In this document: in pieces, positions 45,172 to 49,594 of the stretch | Layout of the letters: every line of letters starts with the position of its first letter | Numbering within the stretch: the stretch's first letter is position 1 | IMG/VR virus record: IMGVR_UViG_3300021587_000025 | From: a virus | DNA length: 49,594 bases | Reading direction: 5' to 3' (one strand) | Program-made: the position numbers and the translations under genes | Notes under the pieces: generated by a model | The model's database searches: none | The model's input: the letters and a program-made list of their open reading frames with translations, nothing else | What the model was told of the DNA's origin: nothing

Positions 45172-46287
45172 TTAACGATTAGGCTTATTCAAATTACGAT
45201 TATCAAACAAAACTTTCTTATATACAGGATAGGAATTCTTCTTGAAATCAAAATGTTTTAAAACTCTATTTCTACACTCCTCACGATCAACTTTTAAATT
45301 CCTGAAATTTCTAAATGCCCGTTTGTAATTCTCAATATTTTCTTCTTCGGTTGACGCAAATGGAACTATATAACCATGTTTACCGCTTCGATAAATTTCT
45401 CTTACTGCACCACGATCATAGCAGAGTACCTTTCCGCCATATAGTAACCCTTCGAGTATATCCCATTCAAGCGGGCCATTCCAAAAACCTGGATGCAACA
45501 ATCCGCTCGCACGTTTCAAATATTTGATCTTTTCATCCCAACTCGCATTAAATAAAATCTTTACATTATCTAACTCATCAGACTCCTCTAAAATCAATCT
45601 TGCATATCCACCTTCTTGAGTAAACAAAGTATCACCCATTAAAACAAATTCATCATCAGGAAATTCCTTAGCCAATTCTATTATAACATGAGGAGACTTC
45701 ACCATCGAAAAACGAGCTAAGAATATATAGAGATTTTCTTGTTTATCATGAATATCTGCTTCAGGGTAGTTTTCTAAAACTAATCCAGAATATGCCCAAT
45801 AGAAATAGTGACCAAGATTTTTAAACTTCTCTCGTAGTGCAGACATTACCCATTTAGAAACCGCTATAACATGACAGGGGAAATTAGGTAGCGAAGAAAT
45901 ATTATCCGGATGATGATCCCAAGACATTACCAAATGTGGAAAACTCTTCGGATCCTTGGATTTTAGATAATGGTAATAATGGAAATGATTATCTTCAAGA
46001 ACTGCATCACTTTCATTAAGAACATCAAGATTAGATTCAACTAAATCCTTCTCTAAATCAACAGGATGGAGTGTTTTTCCATCCCATGGTCTGTAATTAC
46101 CCGTCAATATTTTGGTATTTTTGTAAGATAAATGTGAACCACGAGGCGCTAACACATTAACTTCATGTCCGTCTTCTCCCAATAACTTAGCAAGATATAA
46201 CGTACGTACTTCAAGTCCTCCATAGAATTTATACATCTTATCAGTAACAGTAAAAAACATCGGAAATATAATGCTTACCAAACTCAT
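45172..46287 (-). CDS. GT-B glycosyltransferase (GT4-like)
   Basis: 'YGGLEVRTLYLAKLL...HEVNVLAP', 'FLARFSMVKSPH', 'LEGLLYGGKVLCYDRGAVREI'. Confidence 0.85.
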   Translation of the reverse strand: MSLVSIIFPMFFTVTDKMYKFYGGLEVRTLYLAKLLGEDGHEVNVLAPRGSHLSYKNTKILTGNYRPWDGKTLHPVDLEKDLVESNLDVLNESDAVLEDNHFHYYHYLKSKDPKSFPHLVMSWDHHPDNISSLPNFPCHVIAVSKWVMSALREKFKNLGHYFYWAYSGLVLENYPEADIHDKQENLYIFLARFSMVKSPHVIIELAKEFPDDEFVLMGDTLFTQEGGYARLILEESDELDNVKILFNASWDEKIKYLKRASGLLHPGFWNGPLEWDILEGLLYGGKVLCYDRGAVREIYRSGKHGYIVPFASTEEENIENYKRAFRNFRNLKVDREECRNRVLKHFDFKKNSYPVYKKVLFDNRNLNKPNR

Positions 46288-46307
46288 TTGTCTCTTCTTC
46301 TCTCAAC

Positions 46308-46333
46308 AAATAAAAAATATAAATAAAAAATAT
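46308..46333 (-). terminator. Oligo-T tract (archaeal-type terminator candidate)
   Basis: Duplicated TATTTTTTATTT on the minus strand directly after the stop of 46337..46993. Confidence 0.4.
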
Positions 46334-46336
46334 TAA

Positions 46337-46993
46337 TTATATTGATATAGGAAACACAGGATATGAAGTCTCAGTTGCCCAAGCACAGAGTGAAGAAATA
46401 TCAGAACTCGGTACTTCGACTTCTACTGCTGGTTGATATGTCTGCCAGTTCGCATTCATCACAATATCTTGACGAACCGCTCGTGAACGAACTATGTTTT
46501 CAAATCGACTTGTAGGCGTCTGAGTAATGAGCCCCATACCGACATTACCAGTCACTTTTCCTTTTACAACATGCGAGAGACTCGTAGTTTCTGCCTGGAC
46601 ATCAGAAGCTAATTCCATTCTTCGACCATCAGCTCTGAAACCAGTAGCACCCAAATCATAGGAATCATTTGTTCTAATTGCACTTACAAAATTTTGCATC
46701 ACCGCACCGGAAGAGATCATTCGCCTCTGCACCGACATCGCTTTTAAAGTATTATTTAGGATTACACCATCACTATCTTCTGAAATAATTCCAGTATTAT
46801 CAATATCCATGTAATCAAACCTCATTGATTGAGAACCTAAAATGGTCTCATTCTCCATTACACTGCGATAACTCATGTCAACACTCACCACTGCATTATC
46901 TCCCTGAATACTGTACTCTATCGAGGACAAAGCGGATGCTGTCCCTATACTTAGCAAAAGCGCCACCAAAATAGTTAGAATTCTTAACTTCAT
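46337..46993 (-). CDS. Secreted/surface protein with a signal peptide
   Basis: MKLRILTILVALLLSIGTASA: basic n-region, hydrophobic core and ASA cleavage motif; strong AAAGGAGG RBS; own intergenic region and terminator. Confidence 0.7.
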   Translation of the reverse strand: MKLRILTILVALLLSIGTASALSSIEYSIQGDNAVVSVDMSYRSVMENETILGSQSMRFDYMDIDNTGIISEDSDGVILNNTLKAMSVQRRMISSGAVMQNFVSAIRTNDSYDLGATGFRADGRRMELASDVQAETTSLSHVVKGKVTGNVGMGLITQTPTSRFENIVRSRAVRQDIVMNANWQTYQPAVEVEVPSSDISSLCAWATETSYPVFPISI

Positions 46994-47022
46994 TTTTCCT
47001 CCTTTATAAATATATTTATGAT

Positions 47023-47114
47023 GGGGGGGGATTACGAAGCCGCAATCCCCCAGAGGTTATTACTTGCCATTGTAGTAGAATACAATGACAAGGAGATTAT
47101 TAGCTTAATACTCC
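47023..47114 (-). ncRNA. Putative structured RNA element (three adjacent hairpins)
   Basis: Minus strand: GGAG-UAUUA-AGC-UAAUA-AU-CUCC; CUUGUCAUUGUA-UUCUAC-UACAAUGGCAAG; GGGGGAUUGCG-GCUU-CGUAAUCCCCC. The single mismatch in each of the last two stems is a G-U wobble only on the minus strand. Confidence 0.55.
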
Positions 47115-47184
47115 TCACTATATACCATGATGTCACAGTTTTTTTATTACTAATTAATGAATTGGTGTTACTCAACAAAAATCC

Positions 47185-47862
47185 TTATATAAACTGAATA
47201 TTATCTTTATCCCAGACTATCACTTCACCAACATGACCAACACTTATAGACGGAGCATAAATAACTTTAACTTTTGCTTCATTTTGAACTTTAAGTAAGA
47301 AAAAGAAATCTTCAGAAACTCTATCGTAGTCATCAAGTTCTTCATGTTCAGAACTAAATAAATAAAACGGTCTTTTCAGTTTCTCAAATACCTCTCGTTT
47401 AACAAGAACGCATCCAAGCCCTGACAGTAACACATCACCATCAGGACGTGGAAACTCAAATATTTCGTTTGTTTTAAAATCAATTGGACCATCTCTTCTA
47501 AATGGTACTTGGCTATGCCTGAAAGCTTGAGGTAATCGCAGCGGAGACTTATCATGATAGCGTGCTACTACTACATCAGCATCTAATTCGAGCATACGTG
47601 CGATAGTATCCTGCCGTAAAACAATATCACAGTCAAGATGCAAAAAATGTGTATAACCTGTAGCCAAAAACTCTTCTGCTAATTGTTCACGTGCAGTTGC
47701 CACACCAAATGCAAAATTCTTACGCCAAATCGTATTCGGAGGTTGCCATGCATTTCGCCAAGAATCTTCTACTACACAATGAGTATATCTAAAAGTAGGA
47801 ATATAAGGAATACCTACAAAAAGAGAAACACCTTTACGAGTTTCTATCTCCCAAGCTTGCAT
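47185..47862 (-). CDS. GT-A fold glycosyltransferase (phage GT2-like)
   Basis: 'VATAREQLAEEFL...THFLHLDCDIV...SGLGCVLVKREVF...SEDFFF...VGHVG'. Confidence 0.85.
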   Translation of the reverse strand: MQAWEIETRKGVSLFVGIPYIPTFRYTHCVVEDSWRNAWQPPNTIWRKNFAFGVATAREQLAEEFLATGYTHFLHLDCDIVLRQDTIARMLELDADVVVARYHDKSPLRLPQAFRHSQVPFRRDGPIDFKTNEIFEFPRPDGDVLLSGLGCVLVKREVFEKLKRPFYLFSSEHEELDDYDRVSEDFFFLLKVQNEAKVKVIYAPSISVGHVGEVIVWDKDNIQFI

Positions 47863-47863
47863 T

Positions 47864-48073
47864 TCAATCCTCTAACTGAAGCTTTATTTTAAATAGAGGA
47901 TTATCAACATCTAACTCATGAAGAAATCGTAGAAAGATCTTCATATCTAAATCTCCTAATTGAAATGTTATTTTATTTTGTTTTGAATCAACCGAATCAA
48001 TCTCAGCAGCAAAACTAATTTCAGATGTTCTACGGTTATACAAAATATTGTTTAGAATTTCATTTTCTTTCAT
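47864..48073 (-). CDS. Hypothetical protein
   Basis: 69-aa ORF coupled to both neighbours. Confidence 0.5.
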   Translation of the reverse strand: MKENEILNNILYNRRTSEISFAAEIDSVDSKQNKITFQLGDLDMKIFLRFLHELDVDNPLFKIKLQLED

Positions 48074-49594
48074 TTAGATAGGAAATTCAACAATTTTCTC
48101 TAACGGTTTATAATTTGAATTGAGTACACCATGAACAAGTACCACATGATTCATGTTGCCTGACCTAATTTTCTTTACTTTATAACCCTCCTCCAATAAC
48201 CAATCAGGAAACTCAAATTTCGTACCATGTACTTCAATTGCTAAAATAGGATGATTATCAGTAATTATATTTCTTGCACCTTCTAAGACCTTTAACTCAT
48301 TACCTTCAATATCAATCTTTATACAATCACATCTACCATCGCTGCAAAAGCTATCGAGAGAGACAACTTGAATGGTAGTATCACCTGCATGATCTACTTT
48401 GCTTACTCCCCTGTTAGATGCATCTGCCATCTTGAAACTAACAGTACCATCAAATTCCCATACTCCTTTGTTTATAGGAACAACATTATCTAGCGAATTC
48501 GCTTCTATATTCTTCTTCAACAATCCAAAGTTTTTTGGATCGGGTTCAAAGGCATAAACAGTTTCAGGACTACCAAATTTAGAGATGTAAATAGTATGTG
48601 TACCTATGTATGCACCAACATCAAATACGACTTTGTTCTTCGTATACTTCACTAATTCACGAAGTAAACCAATTTCATAATAGCCAACGTTAGAAATCCA
48701 TGAAGAAACAAAATCATTCTGCGAATAAGTATTTAAGCGTAACTCCTTACCATCACATCTCACTGTAAATTCGTTATTCTGTACTCTCAAGATTTCAAAC
48801 TGATCTTTTCCAACTAATTCGAAAGGTTCACGAAAAGCAATATGTTTAATGCTATCATTCGAATAATTAAAGTCGTTAAATGCTTTAACTTTACCATGCT
48901 TTATTTGATAGTACTGGAAATAAAAAAGATTTATCAATGGTTCGATAAATTGAAAACGGAATGAAGGATAGGTATCATAAGAATTTGACAATTCCTTATC
49001 AAAATAAACGTGACAACCAGACTTACCTAACCGACAAAAGAAGTCTTTATCTGCATCTTCGACTTTAGAACCTATATAATCATAAAGTTCATCATAGCCA
49101 TTCACAATATTTAGATACTTTCGAGGAAAAACTGCTACATCAAATGGAAGATAAGCACAATCATTCAGCTTATCATACCTGCGACCATCATCATTTAAAA
49201 ATTGTACTGACTTACCACATAATATTGCAAAATCTTCGCTCTGTTCTCTGCTCGCAATCTCTGTAACACTTAAATCAATATCGTGTAAAAGCTCATCAAA
49301 TGGCGCTACCCCCGGTTTGATACAAACTATCCAATCACCTTCTGCATAAAGAAAACCCGTATTCCATAAAGAACCATAGTGAAGCCTAACCTTTCTATCC
49401 TTAGATCGGGAGGAAAGATACAGTATTCGATAAAAATTATCAGTGTACTGCCTGAAATATTCCTTCGTATCGTTATTATAGTCACTATCTACTGCTATCA
49501 ATTCTGTACTAACAGCTGGTGTTGATAGCAAACCTTCCAATTTTTCTTTTCTAAAAAGAGATGGTAAAACAACAATTGAATATTTGAGAGACAT
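48074..49594 (-). CDS. GT2-like domain (lacking DxD) fused to an FkbM-family methyltransferase
   Basis: The N-half is paralogous to 36193..36990; C-half 'VVFDVGAYIG...VYAFEPDP...SLDSF...IKIDIEGNELKVLEGA...PILAIE'. Confidence 0.85.
   Translation of the reverse strand: MSLKYSIVVLPSLFRKEKLEGLLSTPAVSTELIAVDSDYNNDTKEYFRQYTDNFYRILYLSSRSKDRKVRLHYGSLWNTGFLYAEGDWIVCIKPGVAPFDELLHDIDLSVTEIASREQSEDFAILCGKSVQFLNDDGRRYDKLNDCAYLPFDVAVFPRKYLNIVNGYDELYDYIGSKVEDADKDFFCRLGKSGCHVYFDKELSNSYDTYPSFRFQFIEPLINLFYFQYYQIKHGKVKAFNDFNYSNDSIKHIAFREPFELVGKDQFEILRVQNNEFTVRCDGKELRLNTYSQNDFVSSWISNVGYYEIGLLRELVKYTKNKVVFDVGAYIGTHTIYISKFGSPETVYAFEPDPKNFGLLKKNIEANSLDNVVPINKGVWEFDGTVSFKMADASNRGVSKVDHAGDTTIQVVSLDSFCSDGRCDCIKIDIEGNELKVLEGARNIITDNHPILAIEVHGTKFEFPDWLLEEGYKVKKIRSGNMNHVVLVHGVLNSNYKPLEKIVEFPI

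Noticed and set aside
47023-47114. tRNA or known ribozyme
   Set aside because: No acceptor stem, TTC loop or CCA, and no hammerhead CUGAUGA/GAAA core; kept only as an unclassified structured RNA.
659-47892. All plus-strand ORFs in the track (e.g. 10138..10563, 16674..17111, 13456..13752, 44294..44584)
   Set aside because: Each lies antisense to a longer, motif-bearing minus-strand gene and has no recognisable motifs; treated as shadow ORFs.

Overview
The window is one co-oriented (all minus-strand) late-gene region of a tailed dsDNA virus or provirus (Caudoviricetes, HK97-fold capsid, long non-contractile tail). The host is probably an archaeon: there is an Alba gene, GGTGA/GGAGG ribosome-binding sites and oligo-T tracts. 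This host call is inference. In transcription order (right to left) it encodes glycosyltransferases and an FkbM methyltransferase, a secreted protein behind a structured RNA element, TerL, portal and prohead protease 1. Next come an MBL-like/ATP-dependent DNA ligase, an ASCH/LigD-phosphoesterase protein, and an inserted 3-deoxy-ulosonic-acid glycan island with ThyX. These are followed by a nucleotidyltransferase-prohead protease fusion, Alba, scaffold, decoration protein and MCP, then neck genes interrupted by DUF2341-lectin genes and an intact tnpB. The tail module is duplicated in several parts (2 tubes, 2 chaperones with a -1 frameshift, tape measure, 2 Dit-like, hub), and the window ends inside a >1097-aa repeat fibre/beta-helix tailspike that is missing from the ORF track. 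The most notable candidates are (1) a virus-encoded ulosonate synthesis-activation-transfer pathway in which a transaldolase-CBS fusion appears to replace KdsD; (2) an NHEJ-like end-repair enzyme set embedded in the head module; and (3) a tail-tube subunit carrying a glycosidase-like propeller and a lectin. All family assignments come from motif recognition by eye; no database searches were run.
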